From a virus, in IMG/VR virus record IMGVR_UViG_3300028029_000006, positions 312,236-376,235 of that record: DNA of 64,000 bases. One strand, written 5' to 3'. Made by a program: the position numbers and the translations under genes. Positions 21,633-33,222 of this stretch are shown here, one piece after another. Below the pieces are notes generated by a model that saw only the letters and a program-made list of their open reading frames with translations, was not told the origin of the DNA and made no database searches. Every line of letters starts with the position of its first letter. Position 1 is the stretch's first letter.

Positions 21633-22724
21633 ATGAGTAATTTGCGTAAGAAATTATTGGCAGCTAAAATAGAGTCTTTTGAAAAGACTGGTAGCTCTTT
21701 TTATCTATCTGGGGCGCCTGATGATTATCAACAAATTAAATCAGCAGCTGATTCATCTTGGTGGGGTGCTAGATTATGGTCACGTTTTGGTTTATTAGGT
21801 CTTCCAAAAGAAGAACGAAAAATTCGATTAAACATGATTGCTGCTGGTAAAGAAACAATTAAACGTTTGGAAGATATTGAGCTTAGATTGACTAGCAAAG
21901 ATTTTCCTGGAGCAATTTCAGAGTATCAAGAGTTTATAACTCCATTTTTGGAGACTTTTATATCTAATTTCAAGCAGTTAGCTACTCTTGAAGGTAATAG
22001 ATTAATTGAAAATCAACCAAAAGCAATTGAAAAGTCTCCAGAACCAGAAATAATTTATGAAGAAGCTCCACCTCAATCAAATTTAGAAGATAAATTACAG
22101 TTATTAAAAGATTTACGCGATAAGATTGATCAAAAATTAGTACAAAAAGTAACAACTATAGCTCAATCTAATCTATTTAATAAAAATAAGGTTAAACTTT
22201 TTAAAGTTAGATCCAATAATCTTTTAATGAATGTATCTTCAGCTATTAATAAAAACAATACTGAGAGTTTAGATTATTTAATTAAAGAATATGATTTGCT
22301 TAACGATGAATTAGATAGTTTTTTAGAATCCATTGCTGAAAAAACATCATATTTAATTGATGAAGATTTTAAAAAAGTAGCGCATAATACCATTAGAAGG
22401 TGGATTAAAAGAAAATTAATGGGTATAAATCCATCAATGATGAATCAATTATATCTAAAAATTGTAGATGATTTATTAACTCTTACTCCTTTGATTGATA
22501 AAGTAATAGATAGTCTTGGTGATAAAGAAATTTATATTAAAAATATAAATGGTGAGATTCAAAAAATCCTTTCTATTATTAATTCTGTTAATAGTAGGCT
22601 TAGGTTATTAGTAGATCATTCTTTATCAACTCAGAAAAAACCTCATTTTAAAGATAAAGTTAGAACAAGACTTAAGGATATTTCTAAACAATTAGACTCA
22701 TTTGAAGAAGAGGGTTTGTTTTGA
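21633..22724 (+). CDS. Hypothetical helical protein, candidate late/virion protein
   Basis: Long ORF; upstream ATTA-N6-CATG-N5-ATG motif; internal KVA/KTS motifs. Confidence 0.45.
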   Translation: MSNLRKKLLAAKIESFEKTGSSFYLSGAPDDYQQIKSAADSSWWGARLWSRFGLLGLPKEERKIRLNMIAAGKETIKRLEDIELRLTSKDFPGAISEYQEFITPFLETFISNFKQLATLEGNRLIENQPKAIEKSPEPEIIYEEAPPQSNLEDKLQLLKDLRDKIDQKLVQKVTTIAQSNLFNKNKVKLFKVRSNNLLMNVSSAINKNNTESLDYLIKEYDLLNDELDSFLESIAEKTSYLIDEDFKKVAHNTIRRWIKRKLMGINPSMMNQLYLKIVDDLLTLTPLIDKVIDSLGDKEIYIKNINGEIQKILSIINSVNSRLRLLVDHSLSTQKKPHFKDKVRTRLKDISKQLDSFEEEGLF

Positions 22725-23113
22725 GTAGAAGAATAGATAAAGTAATTATTGGCGATCATGAATTTGAGACATTAATTGCTGTTACTTTTAAGGAATTTGA
22801 GTTAGGTTTAATGTTTAAAACATGGCCGCCACCAATTATGGTGTTTCCATTTTCTAAAGCTAGTTATACCAAATTTTGGATGAAGAATACCCCTTCACCT
22901 TTAGATATAATCTTTTGTAAAGAGGGATCTGTTATTGATATTTTAAAAGGAAAACCTTTTGATACTACTTTAATAGGACCGAATTTACCTATAGATTTAG
23001 TTGTAGAATTACCTTTTGGTACTGCATCATCTAAAGGTATTAAAATAGGTAATGTAGTTGAAGTAAAATATTCTTTTGATACTTTAATTAAAAAAATGAA
23101 GCAGCCCAGGTGA
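22721..23113 (+). CDS. DUF192 family protein
   Basis: GLMF, FWMKNTPSPLDIIF, VVELPFG, GIKIG. Confidence 0.85.
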   Translation: MSRRIDKVIIGDHEFETLIAVTFKEFELGLMFKTWPPPIMVFPFSKASYTKFWMKNTPSPLDIIFCKEGSVIDILKGKPFDTTLIGPNLPIDLVVELPFGTASSKGIKIGNVVEVKYSFDTLIKKMKQPR

Positions 23114-23598
23114 CATTTTGGTAGCGCTCGGCTGCATCGTGCTTATATTGTAGGTAGGAGACGGTATGTTAGACATAACCAAATGCTTTAGTATTTTAAT
23201 TGCATCAGAAAATGGTTCTAGATGTAATGATTTAAAGAAGATATTAAAGAGTGAATTAAATTATTTAGATGAAACTACTGGAAAATATAATGTAGTTATT
23301 ATGAAGTATGGAAAACTTTCTATGTCTAATGATTATAAAAGAATTTCTAAACGTATTGCGGCTGTTGTTACCCCATTATTTAATGATGTTGACGATTATT
23401 TTTTCTCAATTGATTTGCAAAAAGAAAGATTTGTTTAATTTTGAATAAAATTCTATATCACCCTAATTTCAATAAGTTACTTTATAATTTTCCTTTAATA
23501 TTGGATTCCAAAAACCCTAAACATATTTTTGTTTTTAGGAGAATGCTGGAATGGTCAATGACAAAAGGATTTTGGGCAGGAGGGATGGCGGATATTTC

Positions 23599-24603
23599 AT
23601 GATTGATTCACTTAATAATATTTTAAAATCATTTAAAATAAAAGCTGAATGCGTTGGAGCAAAAAAACATCGTCATTTTGCTTATTATGATGTTACACTT
23701 GAACCTGGCACTCGCATTAGTCGGCTCCAGAGGTATGCTAACGAGCTTGCGATAGCTATGCGTGCAAACTCATCTATAATTATCAAGCCAATCCCTAGAG
23801 AGGGTATTGTAAGGCTACAAACTACTACATCAAAAGCTAAGAAATTAGATTTTAATGAACTATATAAATTTAATAAAGCTCCTTCGGATCATATTCTTCC
23901 TTTTCTGTTAGGGGAAACTGATGAAGGCAAACCATTATGGATGGATATAGCTAAAAATCCTCACCTATTAGTTGCTGGAAGTACCGGATCTGGTAAAAGT
24001 GTTTTTCTTCATACATTAATTGCTAATGCGGCTAAACGTCATGATGTTAGTCTTCATTTAGTTGATACTAAAAGGGTTGAATTTAACATTTATAGAGAAG
24101 GTTTAGCGGATGTGGTTACTAGTGTTAGTAACACTTATGATGAAGCTATTAATACATTTTCTTTTCTTCATGATTTGATGGAATCAAGGTATTTATATAT
24201 GTCTAAAATTGGTGTTAAAAGCATTGAAGACCAACCAAACATATTTAATAAGATTGTTTTGATTGTTGATGAAGCTGCTGATCTAATGCTTTATGAAAAA
24301 GGCAAGGTGTTTGAAGATTTGGCGATTAAATTAGCTCAAAAAGCAAGAGCGGCCGGTATTTATATGGTTTTTGCAACTCAAAGACCATCTGTAGATGTTT
24401 TTACAGGCTTGATTAAGGCTAATTTTCCTGCTAGACTTTCCTGCAAGGTAACATCGAAGGTTGATTCTAAGGTTATTTTGGATCAGCAAGGCGCAGAGAG
24501 TTTAATTGGTAGAGGAGATGCTATTTTAAATAACTCTAATTTTGATATGACACGTTTGCAGGTTGCTTATTCTGAACCTGCTGAAACTATATTGGGGAAT
24601 TGA
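23599..24603 (+). CDS. FtsK/SpoIIIE-like ATPase without membrane domain
   Basis: PHLLVAGSTGSGKS, IVDEAADL, ARAAGIYMVFATQRPS, GAESLIGRGD. Confidence 0.9.
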   Translation: MIDSLNNILKSFKIKAECVGAKKHRHFAYYDVTLEPGTRISRLQRYANELAIAMRANSSIIIKPIPREGIVRLQTTTSKAKKLDFNELYKFNKAPSDHILPFLLGETDEGKPLWMDIAKNPHLLVAGSTGSGKSVFLHTLIANAAKRHDVSLHLVDTKRVEFNIYREGLADVVTSVSNTYDEAINTFSFLHDLMESRYLYMSKIGVKSIEDQPNIFNKIVLIVDEAADLMLYEKGKVFEDLAIKLAQKARAAGIYMVFATQRPSVDVFTGLIKANFPARLSCKVTSKVDSKVILDQQGAESLIGRGDAILNNSNFDMTRLQVAYSEPAETILGN

Positions 24604-26102
24604 ATTTGATTAAAGAAGAAATTTTTGATGAACTTAAAAAGAAATCTGCTATATTAAAAGAGTCTGATTTTAATGAATGGGTAATTCCTTCATTAATAAA
24701 ATATTATAATTCTAAATTTAAGTATTTAGGTGGTCATGCTTATAATTTAAAACCTTATGAAAGAGGTTTTGATTTGGCTATTAATTCATTTAAAGAACAA
24801 TCCAAAGAAAAACTACATTCTGCTCTTAATACTTACTTTTTCAAAAAAGAACATTGGAAAGATAGTAATAGGAACTTAAATGCTTACTTAAATATTACTT
24901 TAAAGAATTTATCTTCTGCAATCTATTGGGAAAATAAAGCCTCTAAAAAAACATCAAAACTAGTTTGCCCACTTTGTAAAGAAAGTAATCGTAGAGAATA
25001 TCTACATGCTGAAAACAAAAAGTTAAGATGTGATAATTGTACTAAAAAATCTGAAGATATTCTTTCTGAGATTAGAAAAGGTAATAATAATCATAATTTA
25101 CAGCAAGAATTTATTATTTTGTCGGCTTTTTCTCTTCATTCAAGCGAAGGAATTCGCTGTTATGGATGTATGAAATTCATTCCTAAATCATTAGCTAAAG
25201 ATGATTTTATAACTTGCCCTTATGAAAAATGCGATGAGTTTGGAGATATAAATTTGTTCTTAAAAATGTCACATCCAAGAGGATTTGCGGTAAGACAAGA
25301 CTTATCTTTAGATAGAGAGTTTGCTTCAGATAGAGAGTTTGCTTCAGTAAGATCTTCTGTTACTACATTACATGATTATTTAAAATCTAATTCTATTAAT
25401 TCTAATTCTTTTGATTTAATGGAAATGAAATCGGATCTTTCTTTTAAAGTTAATTTAATTAAAGAGGTTATTGATTCTCAAAAAGATACAGTGAAAAGAA
25501 GTGATAAAAGCACAAAAGTTCAAAAATTGCTTATGTATGATGCAATGTGGGAAATGACTGAAGAAGTTCCAGGAGATATGGTTAGATATTTATGTCATAG
25601 GAAGTTTTTATCATCAGATCCTTTGCAAGCAAAAATTTTCCAGAAGTATGGAAACTTGTTAGAGAACTATTTGCCATTTACTATGATTAAAGGTGGTAGG
25701 GAAATTGACATAATGTCTTTAACAGCGCCTGAGTTATCATCATTTTCTGGAGTTAGCGAATATGAGTCAAAGGTTGATAGTGATATAATACCTAATGAGA
25801 CGAAAGAAGAATATATTGGAGGTCGTAAATATAAAAACTACGGCCCATGTTTTATTGGCAAGTTGATTAGTGTATATAATTTAAAAACAAATGAGTTTGT
25901 TAATGAAAATGTTGTAGAATATACATTTTCTAAAATAATTGTTCGAGACTTAGAGTCAGGCACTCCAGTTAAAGTAACTCATTTTCGGATTCCATCTCAT
26001 TATGAAATGGAAGGTATGGTATTTTTACAACGTATTAGGCGAAAATTAGTAGATTCAATTTATTTTAGACTTAACAATAAGAAAAGGGAGATGAGTAGAT
26101 GA
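24600..26102 (+). CDS. Hypothetical protein with multiple CxxC zinc-binding motifs
   Basis: CPLC, CDNC, CYGC, CPYEKC. Confidence 0.55.
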   Translation: MNLIKEEIFDELKKKSAILKESDFNEWVIPSLIKYYNSKFKYLGGHAYNLKPYERGFDLAINSFKEQSKEKLHSALNTYFFKKEHWKDSNRNLNAYLNITLKNLSSAIYWENKASKKTSKLVCPLCKESNRREYLHAENKKLRCDNCTKKSEDILSEIRKGNNNHNLQQEFIILSAFSLHSSEGIRCYGCMKFIPKSLAKDDFITCPYEKCDEFGDINLFLKMSHPRGFAVRQDLSLDREFASDREFASVRSSVTTLHDYLKSNSINSNSFDLMEMKSDLSFKVNLIKEVIDSQKDTVKRSDKSTKVQKLLMYDAMWEMTEEVPGDMVRYLCHRKFLSSDPLQAKIFQKYGNLLENYLPFTMIKGGREIDIMSLTAPELSSFSGVSEYESKVDSDIIPNETKEEYIGGRKYKNYGPCFIGKLISVYNLKTNEFVNENVVEYTFSKIIVRDLESGTPVKVTHFRIPSHYEMEGMVFLQRIRRKLVDSIYFRLNNKKREMSR

Positions 26103-26568
26103 GTGCAAAACCAAATGTTAATATTCAAGATATAGTTTCTCAATTAATGAAAGCTTCAGCATCTGTTCAAAAAGAAAAAACAGACTGGTGGAAAAGTCTT
26201 TATTTTGATGAATCAAATAATAATAGTTTATTTCGTTCATCAAGAAATATATTATTCAATAACGCGCTGATTAATAATAAAACTTTTTACGAAAGTTGCG
26301 AAGAAGTCGGTGATAAATTTTCTTTTGATAAATCTATTTTTGATACTTTTAATTCTAAAGTTGAATTAAAAGAAATTTATATTGATTATAGTTATGTAAG
26401 AGATGCTATGTATTCAATATTAGTGTCTGAAAAAAGTGTAGTTGAACTTCAGTTTTCTACATCTTACCAAGAAAAAGCTTTAGGAACGCTGTATTATTAT
26501 ATAGCCTCATATGATTCTAAAGAGTTTGATATGCTTATTGATAAAATCAAAGGGATAACTGCAGTAAA

Positions 26569-27417
26569 ATGAGTAAATGGAGACCAAATAAAGATGGTTG
26601 TATTTATGTAATACCAGATATTCATGGAGCTAGCAAATCATTAAATATTATCTTAAAAAGAATAACTCCTTTAAGAAAAGTAGATAAAATAATTTTCTTG
26701 GGTGATTATATTGACAGAAATGTTGATTCTCATAAAGTTATTCAAACAATACTTGATTTAAAAAACAAATATAAAGATCAGGTAATTTGTTTAATGGGTA
26801 ATCATGAATTAATGATGCTATATGGACTTGGTCTTATCCCATCATCATCTAAGTATTTTGCAGATAATCAATTAGATATGTGGTTAATGAATGGTGGTAG
26901 AGAGACTATTTATGGCTACTTAGATAAATCAGGTTTAAATAACGAAAGTTTTAAATCAGATGATTTGTATGTTTTTATGAGTAACGTTAATGCTATGAAA
27001 AGCGTTATTCCAAAAGATCATGTAGAATTTATGATAAATCTATTGCCTTATTATGAATATGAAAATTTTACTTTTGTTCATGGAGGTTGCCATCCAGATA
27101 AATCAATTTCAGATTATGATATGGACACTTTATGTTGGGATAGGTCATTAGTTAAATTAGTTGAAACATTAACTAATAGAGGATTACCATTAAATTGGAA
27201 TAAAATTATTATAACTGGTCATTCAACTAGAAGTAAACCAGTTATTCGCGATAAATATATGATGCTTGATATTGGTAGTAGACGTCAATTATTAGTAGTT
27301 GAAGCTTATACTAGAGAAGCGTTTGTGGCTAAATATAATAAAGGAAGATTAGTTAAATATGAAATTAAAACTAGTCAACCTAAAAAGAGCTTATTTAGAA
27401 GAGTTGATGATAAATGA
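26569..27417 (+). CDS. Ser/Thr protein phosphatase-like metallophosphoesterase
   Basis: DIHG, GDYIDR, GNHE, W..NGG, FVHGG, TGHS. Confidence 0.88.
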   Translation: MSKWRPNKDGCIYVIPDIHGASKSLNIILKRITPLRKVDKIIFLGDYIDRNVDSHKVIQTILDLKNKYKDQVICLMGNHELMMLYGLGLIPSSSKYFADNQLDMWLMNGGRETIYGYLDKSGLNNESFKSDDLYVFMSNVNAMKSVIPKDHVEFMINLLPYYEYENFTFVHGGCHPDKSISDYDMDTLCWDRSLVKLVETLTNRGLPLNWNKIIITGHSTRSKPVIRDKYMMLDIGSRRQLLVVEAYTREAFVAKYNKGRLVKYEIKTSQPKKSLFRRVDDK

Positions 27418-29561
27418 CTAAAACACTTGTAATTGTAGAATCACCTAGTAAAGCCAAAAAAATTGGGAGATTTTTAGGTAAGGACTTTATTGTTCAAGCA
27501 AGCATTGGTCATATAGTTGATTTAGTTTCACGAAGTAAGAATAGCTTAGGCGTTCATGTTGATAGAGGTTTTATTCCTATTTATGGAATAATTCCAACTC
27601 AGAAAAACAAAGTTAAAGCTTTAATTAAATATGCGTCACAAGTTGACCAAATCTATTTAGCTCCTGACCCCGATCGTGAAGGAGAAGCTATCGCTTGGCA
27701 TTTATATGAGATTATCAGGAAGAAAAATGATAAACCAATTAAAAGGGTAACTTTTCAAGAGATTACCAAGAAAGCGGTATTAGCAGGTATTAATTCTCCA
27801 AGGGAATTAGATAAGAATCTTTTTGATGCTCAACAGGCCAGACGTGTTTTAGATAGAATTGTTGGTTTTTCTGTTTCTCCGTTTCTAATTAACAAGTTCA
27901 ATTCTCCGCTTTCAGCTGGTAGAGTGCAGTCTGTAACTGTTAAAATGATTGTTGATAAAGAAAGAGAGATTAACGCTTTTAAACCTGAAGAATATTGGAA
28001 TATTAATTCTCCTTTATCTAAAAATGGTGAAAATTTTACCGCTAAATACATTAAAAAAGTAAACAATACGAAAACCGCTCAACAAGTTAAGTCAGATTTA
28101 GAAACGGATACTTATAAAGTTGATAAAGTAGATGAATTTGAGCAAGAAAGAGAACCCTTAGCTCCATTGATAACATCATCTTTGGCATCTGCTGCTGCAG
28201 GTAAATATAAATTTTCGGCTGCTCAAACAATGAAGGCTGCCCAAGCTTTATATGAAGCCGGTTTGATTACTTATATGAGAACTGATTCAACTCGTTTAGC
28301 AAAAGAATCAACTGATTTTTGCCGTCAGTGGTTGGAAGAGAATAAGTATGATATTCCAGCTAAAACTAATGTTTATGTTTCTAAAAAGAAGGCTCAAGAT
28401 GCGCATGAGGCTATTAGGCCCACTAATGTAAATCAAACTCCTAATAATATTTATTTGCCAGATGAACAGACTAAGATTTATGTATTGATTTGGGAAAGAT
28501 TTGTTGCTTGTCAAATGAATCCAGCTCTTTATGATAATGTTAATGTAACTATTAAAACATCCAGTAATCATAAGCTAAAAGCTTCTGGTAAGATTCTAAA
28601 ATACAAAGGTTGGCTTGAGGTAATTAAAGATAAAAGCAAAGATATTTTGCTTCCATCTTTGAAAGAAGAAGATAAGCTTAAATTATCATCCAAAGTTTCT
28701 GCAATTCAAAAATTCACCAAACCTCCAGCAAGATTTTCCGAAAAAAGTTTAATTGAAGAACTGGAAAAAAAGAGGATTGGGCGGCCGTCTACATATGCAG
28801 CTATTATGTCTAAAATAACTAGTCGTGCTTATGTTAATAAACCAAGAAATAAGATGTTTTTCATTCCTACTGAAAAAGGTATGCAGGTTGTAGATGAACT
28901 TGATAATTTTTTTGAGTTCATGAAATATAGTTATACTGCAGAAATGGAAGATAAGTTAGATCTGATTGCAGAAGGCAAATTATCTTATGGAGATATGATG
29001 GAAGAGTTTTATTCTCCATTTAAGATAGAGTTAAATAAAGCTTATATGTCTGGTCAAAAGGATTATGGGTTTAGATGTTCTGAATGTGAAGAGGAAGAAA
29101 CTATTATGTATTTACATAATGGTACGTTTGGTTATTATTTAGCTTGTGTTAATTATCCTAAAAATTGTAATAATACATTAAGCTGCAAAATGGTTGGGCA
29201 AGAACCTGTAGTTACAGATAATAAAGGAGAGCCTTTTGATGGAGCTAAATGTCCAAATTGCCAATCTCCAATGCTTAAATATGATGGTAGGTTTGGGCCG
29301 TACACTAAATGTATTGAGTTTCCGATTTGCAAAGGTAAAGGGAAAGTTCCTTATGGAAAAAAATGTCCAGATTGCTATAATGAATTATATGCAACATTTT
29401 ATGAAAATAAAAATGTGTTATTTTGCACTGGATATTATATTAATGAATGTCGATACTCAGAGGAATTATCAGCAGATGAGTTAGTCAATCCTGAACATGT
29501 AGCTGTTTTAAAGGCTAAACCTGTTATACCTAAGAAAATTGACGCTTTATTAAAAAGGTAA
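27414..29561 (+). CDS. topA: DNA topoisomerase I (type IA) with C-terminal zinc ribbons
   Basis: VIVESPSKAK, DPDREGE, SAGRVQS, LITYMRTDS, AQDAHEAIRPT, GRPSTYA. Confidence 0.97.
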   Translation: MTKTLVIVESPSKAKKIGRFLGKDFIVQASIGHIVDLVSRSKNSLGVHVDRGFIPIYGIIPTQKNKVKALIKYASQVDQIYLAPDPDREGEAIAWHLYEIIRKKNDKPIKRVTFQEITKKAVLAGINSPRELDKNLFDAQQARRVLDRIVGFSVSPFLINKFNSPLSAGRVQSVTVKMIVDKEREINAFKPEEYWNINSPLSKNGENFTAKYIKKVNNTKTAQQVKSDLETDTYKVDKVDEFEQEREPLAPLITSSLASAAAGKYKFSAAQTMKAAQALYEAGLITYMRTDSTRLAKESTDFCRQWLEENKYDIPAKTNVYVSKKKAQDAHEAIRPTNVNQTPNNIYLPDEQTKIYVLIWERFVACQMNPALYDNVNVTIKTSSNHKLKASGKILKYKGWLEVIKDKSKDILLPSLKEEDKLKLSSKVSAIQKFTKPPARFSEKSLIEELEKKRIGRPSTYAAIMSKITSRAYVNKPRNKMFFIPTEKGMQVVDELDNFFEFMKYSYTAEMEDKLDLIAEGKLSYGDMMEEFYSPFKIELNKAYMSGQKDYGFRCSECEEEETIMYLHNGTFGYYLACVNYPKNCNNTLSCKMVGQEPVVTDNKGEPFDGAKCPNCQSPMLKYDGRFGPYTKCIEFPICKGKGKVPYGKKCPDCYNELYATFYENKNVLFCTGYYINECRYSEELSADELVNPEHVAVLKAKPVIPKKIDALLKR

Positions 29562-29618
29562 GTCGACACACAAGATATTTGGTTATATTAAGAGTATTAC
29601 CCACAAAGGAGTTTTTAT

Positions 29619-29966
29619 ATGAGTAAAGAAGCAACAGCCCCGGCACCTTATGATGAATATGCAGGAGATCTTTCTCCTCTACAAGTAGAGATTCGATCTG
29701 ATTTTGAAAGCGGTTCTCGTTATTTCAAATCTATGGTTCAAAAATCTAAGATTCTTAGTTTATATAAGAAGAATCAATCTTTTGAAAAACCTTCAGAAAA
29801 GAAAAGAAGAAGAAAAAGAGAAGTTATAGAACGCGAACGTATTATCAAAATGAGAGATCGTATGATTGCCTCAGGAGAATGGGATAGAAAACAAAAGGCT
29901 AGAGATCAAAAGCGTAAAGCTAAAATGGATCGTCTCAGGAAAGAAGCTCAAGATTCATTAAGTTAA
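29619..29966 (+). CDS. rpsU: Ribosomal protein S21-like with N- and C-terminal extensions
   Basis: VEIRSDFE...FKSMVQKSKIL...FEKPSEKKRRRKRE. Confidence 0.75.
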   Translation: MSKEATAPAPYDEYAGDLSPLQVEIRSDFESGSRYFKSMVQKSKILSLYKKNQSFEKPSEKKRRRKREVIERERIIKMRDRMIASGEWDRKQKARDQKRKAKMDRLRKEAQDSLS

Positions 29967-29968
29967 CA

Positions 29969-30619
29969 ATGAAAAACATAAAGTATCAAACTAACCCTGC
30001 GCGACTTTTGCACAGGGATTTTTATTCACAGGTTAGTAATTACGAGCCTGAATATAAGAGATTAAATGTAGAACCAGCACCATTTATGGACGTATCAAAG
30101 GATTTTATGAATAATAAATTTAAACGCGGCATGCCAAGACAGCCCCCACGAGTTCAGGTACAAGCTGTTCAAACCCAACAACCTAATAAACAACAAGCTC
30201 AAATAAGAATGCAACCACAAGTTGCGAATTTATCTGGTAGAGATCATGATAATCTTTGGGCAAACCCAGGTGGTTTTGATGATAGTAGTGTTCCATCTCC
30301 ACCAGTTAATCAGTTTTCAAATGAAACGTATGAACATGTAGATAGGTATAATCAGCAGCAGTATGCTTCTCCACATCAGTTTCAAACGCAACCGCAAGAA
30401 TTTCAAGATGAACAATCATATTCTTCAGCTATTTCTCAAGCCAATGAGGGAGATTATTGTGTTTTTATCAAAAATCAATTAGTTTTCTCTACTCCCTCAT
30501 TAGAAGATGCTGATGAAGCTTTAAATGGTCTTATTTTTCATAATCAAAACCCAGTTGATTCTAGAAATATTACTGTTATGAGAAAACTAACTCTTAAACT
30601 TGGAGCCTCTATAAGGTGA
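29969..30619 (+). CDS. Gln/Pro-rich hypothetical protein
   Basis: Low-complexity Q/P central region; packed ORF. Confidence 0.5.
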   Translation: MKNIKYQTNPARLLHRDFYSQVSNYEPEYKRLNVEPAPFMDVSKDFMNNKFKRGMPRQPPRVQVQAVQTQQPNKQQAQIRMQPQVANLSGRDHDNLWANPGGFDDSSVPSPPVNQFSNETYEHVDRYNQQQYASPHQFQTQPQEFQDEQSYSSAISQANEGDYCVFIKNQLVFSTPSLEDADEALNGLIFHNQNPVDSRNITVMRKLTLKLGASIR

Positions 30620-31903
30620 CTGAGAAAAAAAAAGCAACAGATGTATTATTAGAAATACAAGATAAAATAGATTTGTTATTTAAACTTTGTGAAGATTCTA
30701 ATAATAATATTAAACACTTAAGAAAAGATTTTAATATTATAAAGATAACAAAAGCTCCTATTATTACACCTATTATTGATAAAGTTAAACAGATTGTTAA
30801 TCAAAAACCAACAGTTACCGCTCCAACAGTTGAACCTCCAAAAGAGACCAATAAGCATTCAATGATAGAGCAAACGGTTTTTTATAAATCAAATCAAAGA
30901 GCTGTTATTTTAGGTAATGTTAAAATCTATGATATAGAGACTGGAAGTATGGTGAAAGAAACATTAATTGGTCAAAATGGAAAATGGACGGCTTTGTTAC
31001 CACCAGGTAAGTTTAGGGTTGAGATTAAAAAAGGGCCAGTAGGTGGAAATAAAGGTTTTATCAATACATTAAGTGTTGAGGTTAAGGGAGAAGGTGCTCC
31101 TATTATTTTAGAAAGAAATTTGGTATGAAATTGTATTTAGCTTCATATTTGGAAACACATAATTTTGGAGAAGGTAGGATTATTAACATTGCAAATGGAG
31201 ATAAACCAGATCATGTTGAATGTGATTTGGTTTTCCCACACCTTATTCCTTCAAAAGAAATCACAATTAAGTATCGTGATGAGTCTTTAAAGGATTATAA
31301 AAAGGCTGGGCCTGCGTTTGTTAAATCTTTTAAAGAAGAGCTTGAACTTTTTGTTAAAGATGTTGAAGATGCCTGTAAAGAGGATAAAAAAAATCCTCAA
31401 GAAATTTTACCTTTTAAGGAAAATGACACTTTAGCATCTTGGGAAAGAAAACATTTTAATAATTATAGAGGTTATGTAGCTGAATGTCTTGAAAAATTAG
31501 GTTATGAGGTTGTTTTAAACTGATGTCAAATAAAAAAGTTAAGAACTTCTTTGCTTATAAAAAAGATATCGTTTCCGAAAAGAAAAAGATAAAAAAGCTT
31601 AACATTAAAAAAAAGAAAATAAAAGAAGAATTAAATCAACTTTTAGAGATGTTTGATTTACCAACTGCAATTAAAAACAAATTACCAGCTTTTTCTTTTA
31701 ATTCTGAATATGAGCCTTTGTTTAAACAAGATAGTGATTTGCTTCCTTTGTTTGAATTAAGGAAAAAAATTATAGCTGAACATCAAGATAAGATAGATGA
31801 ATTAGAACAAGTGTCAATTGACATTAATAAATCGCAACTCGAAATTGTGTTGGCTAAAATTAAGTACATGGAAAAAGAAATTAGTTAAAAGGAAAAATAT
31901 AAT

Positions 31904-32602
31904 ATGAGCCGTTTTAATTTGATTTTGGGCGATTGCCCATGGAGTTTTTCGGATCCTCTTACCATGAGTGACACCAAAAGAGGCGCCGCATCTCAGTATG
32001 ATGTTTTAACAACTAAAGATATAATTAAATTAGATGTTGAGTTAATTGCTGCCGATGATGCTGTTTTGGTTTTATGGGTTCCTTCTAGTCTTCTTCAAGA
32101 AGGATTAGATACAATGAAATCTTGGGGCTTTAAACAAACTCAAACTTTTATTTGGGTTAAAACTAAGAAAAAACCTTTAATAGAATTAACCAAAGAAGTT
32201 AAGAAATTATTAAAAACTGAAAGTGGAACTAAATTAGTCCCAAGTATTATTAATAATTTTAATTTAAATAAAGTTCTTAATTTTTTCATGGGAAGATTGT
32301 TTAGGCAAACGCATGAAATTGCGCTTGTTGGTAAACGAGGGAAACCTTATGGCTCTTTAGAAAACAAGTCTCAAAGGTCTGTAATAGTAAGTGAGACTGA
32401 TGTTGTTTTCGATCCTAACTTTAAACATTCAGAAAAGCCTGAAGGTTTGCAAGACCGTTTAGATATAATGTTTCCTGATGCTAAAAAAGTAGAACTTTTT
32501 GCTAGACGTCAAAGACCAGGATGGTTATGTTTAGGTAATGAGATGCCTGGCAAAGAAGATATTAGGGATTCAATTAAAAGAATTAAAGAAGAAAAAGAAT
32601 GA
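31904..32602 (+). CDS. MT-A70 family adenine methyltransferase
   Basis: DCPW (DPPW variant), LVLWV, FIWVK, HSEKP, VELFAR...GW..LGNE. Confidence 0.88.
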   Translation: MSRFNLILGDCPWSFSDPLTMSDTKRGAASQYDVLTTKDIIKLDVELIAADDAVLVLWVPSSLLQEGLDTMKSWGFKQTQTFIWVKTKKKPLIELTKEVKKLLKTESGTKLVPSIINNFNLNKVLNFFMGRLFRQTHEIALVGKRGKPYGSLENKSQRSVIVSETDVVFDPNFKHSEKPEGLQDRLDIMFPDAKKVELFARRQRPGWLCLGNEMPGKEDIRDSIKRIKEEKE

Positions 32603-33222
32603 AAACGCTGTTATTAAGTTCAACGTATGAACCAATGAAGTTTATTTCTGAAAGGAAAGCTATTAATCATGTTCTTAATGATAAAGTTGATAAAATTTCG
32701 GCTTGGAACTCTGGTTTTAAATATAATAACGGTTATTGTATTGTTTGTGGTAGCAATTTAAAATTTTACACTAAGACTAGTGATGTAATTTACCAAAACT
32801 CAACTTATAAATTTTGTGGTGAAGATTGTTCTGAGTATTTTCAGATTGAACCTTTGGGTTATTTGATGCCAGCAATTTTAAGATTAAAGAAATACACTCC
32901 ACGTCACATTAAAAAAAGAAGATGTAGTAGAGGAGCTATTTTTAAACGTGATAAAAATTTATGTCAATACTGCGGTGATAAATTTAAATCATCAGTTCTA
33001 ACTATAGATCATGTTTTACCTAAAACTTTAGGTGGTAAAACCTCTTGGATCAACTGTGTTGCTTGTTGCTCTTATTGTAATAATAAAAAAGCTGATAAAA
33101 AGCTTGATATAGCTGATATGAAATTGTTAAATAAACCTACAAAACCAACTACAGCTGTTTGGTATGATTATAATTCAATAATCAATAAACATGAAGATTG
33201 GAAGCACTATATTAAATCTTAA
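32599..33222 (+). CDS. HNH endonuclease with inserted Cys4 (YHS/TRASH-like) segment
   Basis: RD..CQYCG, TIDHVLP..GG, NCVACCSYCN..K; insert CIVCG...YKFCGEDC. Confidence 0.85.
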   Translation: MKTLLLSSTYEPMKFISERKAINHVLNDKVDKISAWNSGFKYNNGYCIVCGSNLKFYTKTSDVIYQNSTYKFCGEDCSEYFQIEPLGYLMPAILRLKKYTPRHIKKRRCSRGAIFKRDKNLCQYCGDKFKSSVLTIDHVLPKTLGGKTSWINCVACCSYCNNKKADKKLDIADMKLLNKPTKPTTAVWYDYNSIINKHEDWKHYIKS

